This document shows positions 49,568-59,616 of a stretch of 64,000 nucleotides of DNA, in pieces. Position 1 is the stretch's first letter. Each line of letters starts with the position of its first letter. Made by a program: the position numbers and the translations under genes. The notes below the pieces were generated by a model. The model ran no database searches, was not told the origin of the DNA, and saw only the letters and a list, made by a program, of their open reading frames with translations. Origin of the DNA: Candidatus Parvarchaeum acidophilus ARMAN-5 (GTDB taxonomy: Archaea; Nanobdellota; Nanobdellia; Parvarchaeales; Parvarchaeaceae); assembly GCA_002412085.1 (NCBI GenBank), contig GG745546.1, forward strand, positions 1,390 to 65,389, read 5' to 3'.

Positions 49568-51035
49568 ATTCTCTAAATATGTAAAGAAATTGGATAATTT
49601 CGTTTATACCAACAGGAAGTACCTGATACTTGCTTACCTTATAATATCAATAATATTCTTTTTCCTGCAGTTCAAGATTTTGAATAATTGGGACATGCTT
49701 GTGCGTATACTAAATTCAAACTACTTATTCCACGGCGGTTCATACTTTGAGAATCAGCGTGCCCTGTTGGAGAGTTTTACTATAGGCTTGCTGTCCTTTG
49801 TTTTCGGAGCATATGCGGTATATGCATTCATAGCCCTTTTCACAGCTATATTCTTTGTAGCAGTGTACTTTTTCTGCAAGGCATTCAAAATCGAATATAT
49901 ACTTGTGCTAGGTATACTGCTTAACCCGTTCTTCCTGTTTTATGCAATAAAAAACGGATCTGAACTTCCAATGTATAGCTTCCTAATACTGTTCGTATCT
50001 TTTATACGTTTGAAAAAACCTATCGCTGGACTTTTCATGGCTCTTGCATTCGTATCAAAGTATGACAGCCTGTTCTTTCTTCCGTTATATCTTTTTATAA
50101 TCGACAGAAACCTGCTGAAGTCTGTAAAGAGAATATTAATGTTGATAGGAATAACATTACTGGCATTGGTCCCATTTTTTGTATACAACGCTTTGACATA
50201 CCATGATATGTTTTTCTCTTTCTTTATGTCACTTAACCAGAATGCACCAGCTGTAAGTTCATTTTCTGTTTCAAACGCTTCTGCTTTTTACACTGGTTTC
50301 TTGGAACTGCTGGTATTAGTACCACTAATTTTTATGGTGATATTTCTAAACTGGAAGAAACTATATAGAATAATCAAAAATAAAATCAGAGACATAGCTA
50401 TTTTATCTTCTATGGCTGCACTTTCGATGTTAATTTACATATTCGCGAGCGGACTGTACGTAAATGGACTCGGAAGTTATAGATTTTTCCTTCTATTTAC
50501 AGTATCGCTGACACTTTTGTTATCATTATTCACAAACAGGAAAATGCTGCTCTTAACAGTATTATTCTTCATCGTTTCCGTGATAATAGCATACCATATG
50601 CTTTTGCTCCAGCCACTCTTATCAAATACATTAACGGAGCAGACAAGCGCAGCAAAAACATTGCTTATACAAAAATACGGCACAGATAACTGTACGGTAC
50701 AGTCAAATAATTGGGTTTATCTTGATTATTATGGAATAAGCGCTACCTATATAAGAGGCGTGCAAAATTATTCTCAGTACCCTATTATAAATTTCGGAAA
50801 GCTATCTGGAAATTATACTTTTTACGGTGAAAAAGATGGTATATACCTTTATACTTACGGAATATCTAATACAAAATGCAGCTTCACTCCGGTGATAGAT
50901 TTAAAGTATGGGGTTAATTACGACATTAACCTTTCAAGAGAGAATTCTTCTCTCGGATGTAAAATGCTTTATGATAAAGTGCATTCTAGTTTAGTATTTT
51001 CGATGTGTAAATTTATAATAAAGGAAACGAATTAA
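49554..51035 (+). CDS. GT-C fold (PMT/ArnT-like) membrane glycosyltransferase
   Basis: Luminal WD motif, SELP, ALAFVSKY, YRFF; polytopic; follows the DPM synthase. Confidence 0.7.
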   Translation: MKTTKFSKYVKKLDNFVYTNRKYLILAYLIISIIFFFLQFKILNNWDMLVRILNSNYLFHGGSYFENQRALLESFTIGLLSFVFGAYAVYAFIALFTAIFFVAVYFFCKAFKIEYILVLGILLNPFFLFYAIKNGSELPMYSFLILFVSFIRLKKPIAGLFMALAFVSKYDSLFFLPLYLFIIDRNLLKSVKRILMLIGITLLALVPFFVYNALTYHDMFFSFFMSLNQNAPAVSSFSVSNASAFYTGFLELLVLVPLIFMVIFLNWKKLYRIIKNKIRDIAILSSMAALSMLIYIFASGLYVNGLGSYRFFLLFTVSLTLLLSLFTNRKMLLLTVLFFIVSVIIAYHMLLLQPLLSNTLTEQTSAAKTLLIQKYGTDNCTVQSNNWVYLDYYGISATYIRGVQNYSQYPIINFGKLSGNYTFYGEKDGIYLYTYGISNTKCSFTPVIDLKYGVNYDINLSRENSSLGCKMLYDKVHSSLVFSMCKFIIKETN

Positions 51036-51067
51036 AATTATTTAAGTTGAAATGAATAAGAGGATTA

Positions 51068-52336
51068 ATGATATACGCTAAATTACTGCTGGAGATAATG
51101 TCGGGATTGGTACTTTTCCTGATATTTTTCTGGCTTTTTATATATTTTGACATAATAGAAAAAAAACACCGCATTAAAAAGCTAAAAGAAATACCAAAAA
51201 TAGCTGTTATTATACCTACGCTTTTTGAGGGAGAAGATCTGCGTTTATCGGTTGAGAGTGTCTTAAACAGCGACTACCCAAAAAATAAAATAAACATATA
51301 TATAGGATTAAACAAAGCGACAGACAAAAAGACCAGATCTGTAGCATATTCCTTCAAAAATAAACTCGTAAAGGTCGTTGATACGGGAATAAACGGAAAA
51401 GCGGCTGTGATGAATTATGTCATTAAGAACTTTGTAAAGGAAGATTTTGTCGCAAGCCTCGATGCAGATTCCATAGCTGACAAATCAATGCTGAAGAAGC
51501 TGATACGGCCATTCAGTGATGAAAGCGTCGGGGCTGTAACTCCCTCAGTAGCAGTATACAATCCAAAGAAATTTGTACAGTCTATACAGAAATACGATTA
51601 CATCTTTTCTATAGTTCTTAGAAAAGCATTCAGCTATGTAGGTACCTTGATAGTAGCGCCGGGTCCTGGTTCAATATTCAGGAGATCTGCAATAGAGAAA
51701 ATAGGATACTTTGACGAGAAAAACATAACCGAAGATATGGAGATAGCGATACATCTCTTAGTTGAAGGTTACAAAGTAGAAAATGTCATAGATGCCTTTT
51801 CTTACACTATAGCTCCGAGTTCTTTTTACGCCCTGTTCAAACAAAGAGGCAGGTGGTACTCTGGTTTCTTCTTTAACATGTTAAAGTACAGGAGTAAGAT
51901 ACTAAAGCAGAACGAAAACGGCAGAATCGACAAGAATATAATGTTTCTTATATTCTTATCGGTTGCTTTTTCAATAATTGCCCTGCCACTTGTTGGTTAC
52001 TATATATATTATTACTTATCAACTATCTTCATCAATGTATCCACTGTCGGCATACAGTTTTCACTGCATGAACTATACCAGATCATGGTAGACTCTTTTT
52101 ACAGCTTTGATACTTTGTCTTTCCTTGGTATATTTTTGCTCTTATTCGGGTTATACTCTCTTTTCTACGCATTGAAAGCAATAACAAAAAAGGTCGACAC
52201 CGTAAAGGACACTATATATATAGCGCTGTACGTTACTCTATTCTCTTATTTTCTGGGACTTACGTGGTTATATGGTTTTATAAACGCAACGTTACTAAAT
52301 AAAAGAATAGCATGGAAAATAAAAAGTCGCAACTAA
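51068..52336 (+). CDS. Processive GT2 (cellulose/PNAG synthase-like)
   Basis: GKA, LDADS, TEDME, QRGRW signature, TM helices. Confidence 0.9.
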   Translation: MIYAKLLLEIMSGLVLFLIFFWLFIYFDIIEKKHRIKKLKEIPKIAVIIPTLFEGEDLRLSVESVLNSDYPKNKINIYIGLNKATDKKTRSVAYSFKNKLVKVVDTGINGKAAVMNYVIKNFVKEDFVASLDADSIADKSMLKKLIRPFSDESVGAVTPSVAVYNPKKFVQSIQKYDYIFSIVLRKAFSYVGTLIVAPGPGSIFRRSAIEKIGYFDEKNITEDMEIAIHLLVEGYKVENVIDAFSYTIAPSSFYALFKQRGRWYSGFFFNMLKYRSKILKQNENGRIDKNIMFLIFLSVAFSIIALPLVGYYIYYYLSTIFINVSTVGIQFSLHELYQIMVDSFYSFDTLSFLGIFLLLFGLYSLFYALKAITKKVDTVKDTIYIALYVTLFSYFLGLTWLYGFINATLLNKRIAWKIKSRN

Positions 52337-53004
52337 AGAAGAACAAAACAAAGCTATTGCTTGCCGCTTTGGCTATAACCTTTGCTATCTCAACTGCATT
52401 CGCGCTTGGATATATTATCGCAAACGTAAAAGTACCTTTATTGCAGTCGCAGCTTAGTTCATATGAACAGTCGATACAATCGCTTTCGGTACTTTCAAAT
52501 ATAGGCACTTCAAACTCTACTCTTTCATGCTCATTTATGGAAGGTGGTTTATCCTCTCTAGATCAGGAACTTCAGAATTTAAACAGTGAGATAACATCTG
52601 CTGATACAAATTCTCTATATAGCAGTTACTATTCAAATCTGATAAAACAGCTCACATACACCAGGATAAACTACTGGCTTTTGGCACAGAGAATAAAAAC
52701 GCAGTGCGGATACCAAATAGCCAATGTGCTAATGCTATATCCTCAAAACGGCTGCTCAAACTGCGGAACAGAAGGTTCTGAACTTTACTACCTTGAACAA
52801 AAATCAAACTACACTATTATAGCTACAGTTATAGACGCAGACATTAACATAAGCCAAGTAGAGACAATAGACAGAATTTACAACGTAACTACCTATCCTA
52901 CTTTGATAATAAATGAGAATAATACTTATGTGGGTTATGAAAACACACAACAACTGCAAAAAACTATCTGTGAATATTCTCCTAAGCTAGATATATGCAG
53001 CTAG
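52312..53004 (+). CDS. Membrane-anchored protein with coiled coil and thioredoxin-like CxxC domain
   Basis: N-terminal TM, CSNC, YNVTTYPTLII cis-Pro loop. Confidence 0.7.
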   Translation: MENKKSQLKKNKTKLLLAALAITFAISTAFALGYIIANVKVPLLQSQLSSYEQSIQSLSVLSNIGTSNSTLSCSFMEGGLSSLDQELQNLNSEITSADTNSLYSSYYSNLIKQLTYTRINYWLLAQRIKTQCGYQIANVLMLYPQNGCSNCGTEGSELYYLEQKSNYTIIATVIDADINISQVETIDRIYNVTTYPTLIINENNTYVGYENTQQLQKTICEYSPKLDICS

Positions 53005-54197
53005 CTCGACTTATACACTGCTTCTCCGAAAAGTTTTATCAGAAGTATAGTCGCATAGGAACCTTTTTTTAGATTGAATGTAATTATTGCGTCACCGCCT
53101 TCTTCTTTTATGGAGAAATCTTCGGGAAAAAACATAGAAGGGTGTTTGAAGCTTTTGAGACTTGCTTCCGGCATGCTGCTTATCTTAAACATATCTCTTC
53201 CTATTCCTTCTCTTTCTAATATACCGTTAATTATAGTTTCAAATTTTTCATCAAGAAGCATGTCATATCCTATTGTAGGTATATCTCCAGGTATTTCATC
53301 ATAACCTTCTTTCAATAACTCGCTTAAAGTTTGGTTAAAAACGTAATACTGGAAAGCCTGCAGGATAATAAGCCTTGAATACTTCGGCATTAGCCTTATG
53401 GCTCCCGCATAATCATTTTTATGCTCAAGTAAATAAGCTATTGATTCTTTTTCGAAATACATAAAGCCCGGTAGACTTGCGAGCACTTCCTTGATTTTTT
53501 CTCTGTCTAAATTATTGGTGTCATCCAGATTTATAGTCTCCCTTAATCCCTTCCTTTTATAGGCATTTAGTTTGGATTCTGCTCTCTCCTTTAAGACTAA
53601 GAGGAAAAAGGCTGTTTTGAAGTCTTTCTTTAGTATACTCTTTGAAACTTCTATATTCAATGAAGAAGAACCAAATCTTTGCGGACCATAAAAATTTGGT
53701 ATACCTTTTATTATCTCTTCCTTTAGTTTATCTAGGTCTTTGTTATTATCATTGAAATCCCTTACTTTTACAGTGAAATGATTGCCGTACAATTTTCCTA
53801 TTTTGCATGGATCATTGCTGTATGCTAAATCCCTTATAAAAATTCTATCCGTTGAAAATTTCAGGTTTTCTGCATCGAATTTGAAGATACTCATTTTCTG
53901 CGAGGTCAACGCTCTCTTATCCTTATTTCCATTATAAGCGATCCTTTTGAAGCTTATGTGCAGATTTCTTGAAAGTGATTTTACAGCCTCTGGAGTCGAT
54001 ACGCCTCTTTTTACCAAAGTAAACGTGAGAAAATCCTGTTTATCTCTAGATATATTTCCATCTGTCTTTACTACGCTTAATATCTCTCCGTTTTCTTCTA
54101 TTTCCTGAACTATAAAATCTTCTTCCCTCTCAAATAACTTACCAGAAAGATTAAAAGTATCAAAATATTTTATGCCTATGTTTTCGAGATTATCCAT
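53001..54197 (-). CDS. truD: tRNA pseudouridine(13) synthase
   Basis: EDFIVQE, GNKDKRALTSQ, GNHF, PNFYGPQRFG, GSYAT. Confidence 0.94.
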   Translation of the reverse strand: MDNLENIGIKYFDTFNLSGKLFEREEDFIVQEIEENGEILSVVKTDGNISRDKQDFLTFTLVKRGVSTPEAVKSLSRNLHISFKRIAYNGNKDKRALTSQKMSIFKFDAENLKFSTDRIFIRDLAYSNDPCKIGKLYGNHFTVKVRDFNDNNKDLDKLKEEIIKGIPNFYGPQRFGSSSLNIEVSKSILKKDFKTAFFLLVLKERAESKLNAYKRKGLRETINLDDTNNLDREKIKEVLASLPGFMYFEKESIAYLLEHKNDYAGAIRLMPKYSRLIILQAFQYYVFNQTLSELLKEGYDEIPGDIPTIGYDMLLDEKFETIINGILEREGIGRDMFKISSMPEASLKSFKHPSMFFPEDFSIKEEGGDAIITFNLKKGSYATILLIKLFGEAVYKSS

Positions 54198-54202
54198 TAT
54201 AT

Positions 54203-54616
54203 TTAACTCTCTGGTATCTTAAAACATATGCCAGTGGCTACTACTTTATTGGGTTTAAAGGCATTGCACATTATACTTATATCATTCTTATACTGCGAAG
54301 CATTGTATTCACAGGAAGGGGAGTAATAACAGTATAAAGTTACGCCACATGCCGTGCTTAATACGCTTGAATTAACAGTTGATGCATTTTGACTGCAAAG
54401 CGCTGAACTTTGCGAAAGCTCTCTTGTCAGCTGCTGCCCATATAGAGATGCCTGAGAATCTAAATTTTGAACGTTTTTTTGCGCCGAAACTCCATTTAGA
54501 GTTATAGCTATAAAATACACTAAAACTACTATCGCTATGAAGAATATTATCGCTAAAACAAACTGAAAATTTATTTTTGTCTTTTCTCTCTCTTTTTTCC
54601 TTAATACTATCTTCAT
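54203..54616 (-). CDS. Hypothetical single-TM protein with Cys-rich ectodomain
   Basis: Basic N-tail, one TM, six Cys. Confidence 0.65.
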   Translation of the reverse strand: MKIVLRKKEREKTKINFQFVLAIIFFIAIVVLVYFIAITLNGVSAQKNVQNLDSQASLYGQQLTRELSQSSALCSQNASTVNSSVLSTACGVTLYCYYSPSCEYNASQYKNDISIMCNAFKPNKVVATGICFKIPES

Positions 54617-54619
54617 AAT

Positions 54620-54659
54620 CAGAAATAAATATAAAAATAAAATGGGGGTAAAAACCCCC
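54620..54659 (-). terminator. Hairpin plus U-tract terminator after the S-layer gene
   Basis: GGGGGT-aaaa-ACCCCC at 54644-54659, followed on the minus strand by ATTTTATTTTTATATTT. Confidence 0.7.
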
Positions 54660-54682
54660 TTAAGTCATTATTGCAAAGTTGT

Positions 54683-57415
54683 TTAGTTAAGCGACTTTAC
54701 GCCTGTATAGCCTGCGCTACTGGCACTAAGTATAACCTTATTACCAGTCATGTTTACGTTTGTGATTGGCTCTCCAATAAGGAAAGATGCAACAACCTGC
54801 GAAGCTTCCAAAGTATCATTACCGCTATATCCTGCAATAAGCAATGCTGGCTCATTGTTAAATGCTTTTACATTGCTAAATAACTGAACCAAAGCTTCTC
54901 CGCTACTTACGTTTGTAGCATTGGTAAATGCAGATCCGTATTCTGGAGTTGTTGAATTGAATAACAATTCTGCTGCTGCAGTGTTTATTGCTGGACCTCC
55001 TATTACTATAACAGGTACAGCATTAGTAGTACTTGCAGTTGGCATGAACGCAGTATCAAACTTTACCAGATCTACATTATTTTTAAGTAGATTGGATGCG
55101 CTTACAGATGAAACACCGTTTATACCGAGTAGTTCACCTGCACCTACAGTCTGCCCAATTGTGTAATTAGTCACACTACTAACGACTTGTGAACCTGCTA
55201 CTGCTAGAGTATAGTTCTGTGTTGGTATCATTACGGTTGCATTTCCAGTACTTGATGCGTTGTCATACATTTTGACCTTACCATAATTAATCTTGGTTCC
55301 CCAAGTATTTGCAGAAGTGTTCTTTACATCAGTAAAGTATGTAGTGAAACTGCTTGGGTTTTCACTTATTGGTACTGAAACACTTGCACCAGTTGGATCA
55401 ATGTACTGCAAATCGTTGTTTGAGAACATTATCGATCCCAAATTACCACTAAGATTAAGCTCGTTCATTGATGCTCCTGCAGCATTATACACTACATTCT
55501 GTCCAGGTAACAAAGAATATTTAGTACCATTGTTATTAGGAGCAAATGTAAGACTTGGTCCTGTAAGTACTGGTTCGGCTATAAGTACTTTTTTAGTATG
55601 TTTATCCGTGCCATTAGTAACTGAAGTTAAGGTTACGTTAACATTTTTTAATGTAAGATTATAACCATCTAAGGAATAAATTTTACTAGAATTTATTTTA
55701 GTTGTTGCAAGCGGTATGGAAGTACTGTTATAGATAGCAAACCCGCTAACATTATAAGTTACACCACTATAAGTTAACGTTGCATTTGGCTTGCTAGAGA
55801 TAGTTGCGCTAAATACTACAGGTTTAAATGTTAACAGGAAGTCCTTTCCATTTGGAAGTTCGTACACAAAGTTTACCGTATTCTTTGTTGGAGCGTTAAC
55901 AACATTATCAATAGGTCCGCTTGTTGCATTGTAAAACAACGTGGCATTTCCTATAAGATTAGTTTTTACAGTAGACGGTAAATCCTTAAGATTGGTGTAA
56001 TAGTAAGCTGCATGAGTAGGTGCAGGGTATACATATTCGGAAGAACCATTTATTAAACTTGGATTTGTAAGAGTACCATTATTGTACGATTGAAAGTGTG
56101 CCAAATAATAATTTGGAGAACCAAAGTAATTTGAAGGTGCCACATTAGTTGAACTTCTAAAATTTGTACCAAAAGATACTCCGGGTAAATTATGTGTGTA
56201 ATTAAATGCTATTATTTTACTCATATTTGAGCCAGAGCCATTTTCAAAAGCAACAGGTATAATGCTGTCATTAACAGCTTTACCTGTGGTAATAGTAAGA
56301 TTCATTCCATTTGCATAATTGTGTGTTAATGGCTCGAGATCCAATGTAGTCAAATTCTGAGGGAAATTCAAAACCGAAGTGGTTTTGAAGTTGTATGGCA
56401 ATGTAGAATTGGTCGTACTGGTAAGAACGAATTCGCTTGAAGTGTTAGTTGCATTAAGCATGCTCAAACCAGAAGACAGTTTAGATGAAACTGCGCTGCT
56501 ATTCAGTCTTTGAACTACGCTTATGCTTGAAACCTGAAGCGACTTAAGGAAAGCTGTTCCATTTGTATACTTGAACAAACCCTCTGGGGTAAGTGTGACT
56601 TGTTTAACAGTAGTAGGCACATTAAGATTTATATATTGAGTTGCACCACCATTAACGCTTACTTCCACCTGACTCTGCGAAGCGTTAGCAATGTCCTCAA
56701 CTGCGCCCATTAAATCAATAGTGTTTCCTGCAACCGTCAGTGTAGTAGGCATTAAAACCGTTGTATACGTCTTCGATGCACCGAAAGATGCATTATCTTT
56801 GTTTATTGAAAGAAGTGTAGCCTTTGAGTTTCCAAAGAAGAAACTAGCGTTGGCCAATCCTACTGTATCATTCAAATTAATTTCTGTTCCATTTCTATAT
56901 TGTATATAGGAATTCAATGAGTAAGCACCTTTAGGTAACACTACGTTCAATCCATCGAACTTAGGAATTACAGATGAATTAAAGGAAAGATTCTCTACGC
57001 TTGTATAATTCACACCCTTTGAAGTAAAATTCTCAGCGGCTAGCATTATTGAACTAGGTTTAAATGCTGAAAAAGTTCCAGCGAGTAATGCATTCGTTGA
57101 TGTTTTTGATCTCAATGCCAATGTCCCTATGCTTATCTGTCCTGTCACTGATGAAGAATGACTTGCGGCAGCTGCTGCTGTCAATGCTGCTGATATATCA
57201 ATAGCACCTGCTATGTCTGAGGGAGCTGAATTTGCTCCTACTACGAATACTGCGTTAACATGACCGTTGCTAAGGAATTGGTTAGACGATGTTGGGCCTA
57301 GATTAGATAGACCACTTGCAAATACGCTTGCCATTCCTAATGTTGCTCCTACAAAAAGAGCTCCTGTTGCTACTGCTGCTATTTTCTTTACTTTTCCTAT
57401 CAACTTTGCTTTCAT
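54683..57415 (-). CDS. S-layer glycoprotein
   Basis: KKIAAVATGALFVGATL leader, VVGANSAPSD..GAIDI N-domain, VIGGPAIN and LLIAGYSG.DT C-domain; many sequons. Confidence 0.88.
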   Translation of the reverse strand: MKAKLIGKVKKIAAVATGALFVGATLGMASVFASGLSNLGPTSSNQFLSNGHVNAVFVVGANSAPSDIAGAIDISAALTAAAAASHSSSVTGQISIGTLALRSKTSTNALLAGTFSAFKPSSIMLAAENFTSKGVNYTSVENLSFNSSVIPKFDGLNVVLPKGAYSLNSYIQYRNGTEINLNDTVGLANASFFFGNSKATLLSINKDNASFGASKTYTTVLMPTTLTVAGNTIDLMGAVEDIANASQSQVEVSVNGGATQYINLNVPTTVKQVTLTPEGLFKYTNGTAFLKSLQVSSISVVQRLNSSAVSSKLSSGLSMLNATNTSSEFVLTSTTNSTLPYNFKTTSVLNFPQNLTTLDLEPLTHNYANGMNLTITTGKAVNDSIIPVAFENGSGSNMSKIIAFNYTHNLPGVSFGTNFRSSTNVAPSNYFGSPNYYLAHFQSYNNGTLTNPSLINGSSEYVYPAPTHAAYYYTNLKDLPSTVKTNLIGNATLFYNATSGPIDNVVNAPTKNTVNFVYELPNGKDFLLTFKPVVFSATISSKPNATLTYSGVTYNVSGFAIYNSTSIPLATTKINSSKIYSLDGYNLTLKNVNVTLTSVTNGTDKHTKKVLIAEPVLTGPSLTFAPNNNGTKYSLLPGQNVVYNAAGASMNELNLSGNLGSIMFSNNDLQYIDPTGASVSVPISENPSSFTTYFTDVKNTSANTWGTKINYGKVKMYDNASSTGNATVMIPTQNYTLAVAGSQVVSSVTNYTIGQTVGAGELLGINGVSSVSASNLLKNNVDLVKFDTAFMPTASTTNAVPVIVIGGPAINTAAAELLFNSTTPEYGSAFTNATNVSSGEALVQLFSNVKAFNNEPALLIAGYSGNDTLEASQVVASFLIGEPITNVNMTGNKVILSASSAGYTGVKSLN

Positions 57416-57421
57416 ATTTTT

Positions 57422-57510
57422 ACCTCACGTTTTTTTACTCGGACTTAACTTTATTTTAAGTGTTTAAGACTGACTAAGTCTTAACTATTTGATAAATTTC
57501 TTATTTAAAA
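57422..57510 (-). promoter_or_regulatory. S-layer promoter, structured leader and SD
   Basis: TTTTAAATA at 57502-57510; dyad TTAAGACT-n5-AGTCTTAA at 57464-57484; dyad ACTTAA-n7-TTAAGT at 57443-57461; SD GTGAGGT at 57422-57428. Confidence 0.65.
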
Positions 57511-57699
57511 AGCTTTGCTTTTTAAGTCTTTACTAACTGTAAGTAAAAAATTAAATAAGTTATAATACAATGATATATGACAAAATATTGGAATTTATTG
57601 CTTGGTTCAGTAAAACTACTTTAAACTTATCTAAAAATTTTGTAATTAAACGAAAAATTCAATATTGAGTTATAAAGTTAAAAATCTATAAGTTAAAAA

Positions 57700-58128
57700 T
57701 CAGCTGTTTATTGTTTTCTTTTTCAGTTCTTCGAGCTGCTGCGAAAGAAGTATCGTCTGGCCGGAAAATATTTTTATCTTCTGGTCCATGTCGGTCATTC
57801 TTCCCGATAAATCATTCAATAACCCCTGCAGATCCGCTGCGGAAAGTTTGACTTCTTTTTGAGATAACAGTTCTATCGACGAAGGAGCATAATCCATGAC
57901 AAAACCGAAAAGATCCATTACGTCTCCTTTTATCTTGAATTTTGAATAAGATGAGAAGAACCCGTCCTTTACTTCCTGTGGATCGGCGTATTCCACATCG
58001 CTTACCTCTAGTTTCTTTCCGTTCTCTTCTATACTATTTGTTATCTTTTTTAATGAATCTGTAACCGCTTCCTTTGGTTTTCCCATTATCTCTATTACAC
58101 ATCTTAATTCAAGTTCTCCTTCTGCCAT
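57700..58128 (-). CDS. Conserved archaeal hypothetical protein
   Basis: IEIMGKPKEAV..L, FFSSY, DYAPSSIEL, LLNDL, coiled-coil end. Confidence 0.7.
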   Translation of the reverse strand: MAEGELELRCVIEIMGKPKEAVTDSLKKITNSIEENGKKLEVSDVEYADPQEVKDGFFSSYSKFKIKGDVMDLFGFVMDYAPSSIELLSQKEVKLSAADLQGLLNDLSGRMTDMDQKIKIFSGQTILLSQQLEELKKKTINS

Positions 58129-58229
58129 GCTTATTTGTAAAACCGGTAATATTAATAAGTTATATCATTTGAAAAGAAAGCTGGCATAAAGATTCAAAAT
58201 GATTAATAGCTAGTATTACATAAAAATAA

Positions 58230-58787
58230 ATGGAAGAAGAAAAAATCGAATATCTTTTTAAGGAAATACTGAAAGAATTAGGCATAGATGAAAAAACGGA
58301 GGTGTTCGCTAACACCCCTAGAAGAATCGCAAAAGAATACAGAGAAATATTCTCCGGGATGGATGATAAAAGCGAACCTAATATAACGTTGTTTGAAAAC
58401 CCGGGATACAATGATATACTATCTATAAAAGATATTCCTTTTTACTCTATGTGCGAACACCACCTTCTGCCTTTCTTTGGAAAAGCTTCTATAGCTTACA
58501 TACCCGGTGATAAGATAGTTGGATTATCTAAGATACCAAGAATAGTAAAGTTCTTTTCAGCTAAACCGCAGGTTCAGGAAAGACTTACCAAAGAAATAGC
58601 TGACTTCATTGATAATAGAATAAAAGCCAAAGGAGTTCTTGTTATCATAAAAGCCAGACACATGTGCATGGAGATGCGCGGAGTAAGATCTGGCAATTCT
58701 GAGACAAGAAGCAGCGCCATCCGCGGTATTTTCAAGGAAAGCAATGAAACCAGAGAAGAAGCGCTAAAACTTTTATTGGAGAATTAA
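58230..58787 (+). CDS. folE: GTP cyclohydrolase I (type IA)
   Basis: TPRR, SMCEHHLLPFFG, GLSKIPR, QVQERLT, HMCMEMRG. Confidence 0.96.
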   Translation: MEEEKIEYLFKEILKELGIDEKTEVFANTPRRIAKEYREIFSGMDDKSEPNITLFENPGYNDILSIKDIPFYSMCEHHLLPFFGKASIAYIPGDKIVGLSKIPRIVKFFSAKPQVQERLTKEIADFIDNRIKAKGVLVIIKARHMCMEMRGVRSGNSETRSSAIRGIFKESNETREEALKLLLEN

Positions 58788-59303
58788 ATGGCAGTCAAAG
58801 TAATCGTTTACATGCATATAACGGCTAATGGGATGATAGCTAGATCAGATGGAAGTGAGTTCTCCTCAAAAAAAGCCAGACAAGGCTTTCAGAATATGAT
58901 GGCTAAAGTCAATGTAAATATAGTCGGCAGGAATACATTTGAAATGTCTAGAAAAAATGGAAGTTTTCCTATGAAAGGTTTGAACGTTGTAGTTACTTCC
59001 CATAAAATAAAAAACTCGTTTGGAAAAGACGTAATAATAACAAATAGCAATCCAAAAAAAATAATAGAAATCGTAGAGAAACGCGGTTACAAGGAAGCAA
59101 TGGTCGGAGGGGGAGTTACGGCTGCGAACTTTCTTAAAGAAGGGCTTGTAAACGAAATATTCCTTGACATTGAACCTATAATATTTGGTAAAGGAATACC
59201 TGTATTTGCATACGAGAAATTCGAAAAAAAGCTCAAGCTTATCGACACAAAACGTATTTCTAATAATGAGATAAGACTGCATTATAAAGTACTGCAAAAT
59301 TGA
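58788..59303 (+). CDS. Dihydrofolate reductase / RibD C-terminal-like reductase
   Basis: NGMIA, VGRNTF, VGGG, PIIFGKGIPVF. Confidence 0.85.
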   Translation: MAVKVIVYMHITANGMIARSDGSEFSSKKARQGFQNMMAKVNVNIVGRNTFEMSRKNGSFPMKGLNVVVTSHKIKNSFGKDVIITNSNPKKIIEIVEKRGYKEAMVGGGVTAANFLKEGLVNEIFLDIEPIIFGKGIPVFAYEKFEKKLKLIDTKRISNNEIRLHYKVLQN

Positions 59304-59349
59304 TAACTAAAGCAAACTTAGTAAATCTTCTGCTATATATTATGTGATA

Positions 59350-59420
59350 TGCGCCAACCGGGATTCGCACCCGGGTCACTGGCTTGGGAAGCCAGAGTTC
59401 TGCTGCTAGACTATTGGCGC
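59350..59420 (-). tRNA. tRNA-Gly(CCC)
   Basis: Acceptor stem GCGCCAA/TTGGCGC-A; CTGGC-TTCCCAA-GCCAG; atypical D-loop AGCAGCA and T-loop TGCGAAT. Confidence 0.9.
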
Positions 59421-59433
59421 AGGATATTGAACT

Positions 59434-59616
59434 TTATGCTGCTGTTTGTTTTATGTTTTTTCTTTTGAAATTAAAAACGGAAAGAAAAGATCCGTTTAAG
59501 TTTTTATTTGCATTTGAAACTAAAACCGAGAGTTCTGTCATTGCTGCAGGATACATAATAACAAAGACTATGAAAGCCAAGTTTATTGTGCCTATTATTT
59601 TTTCTCCTAAACCCAT
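59434..59616 (-). CDS. Possible 60-aa single-TM protein
   Basis: ATG start, one hydrophobic stretch, fills the gap before tRNA-Gly. Confidence 0.35.
   Translation of the reverse strand: MGLGEKIIGTINLAFIVFVIMYPAAMTELSVLVSNANKNLNGSFLSVFNFKRKNIKQTAA

Noticed and set aside
57511-57699. AT-rich spacer as a replication origin (also 43564-43796)
   Set aside because: No ORB-like G-string repeats and no adjacent orc1/cdc6; explained by promoter and terminator sequence
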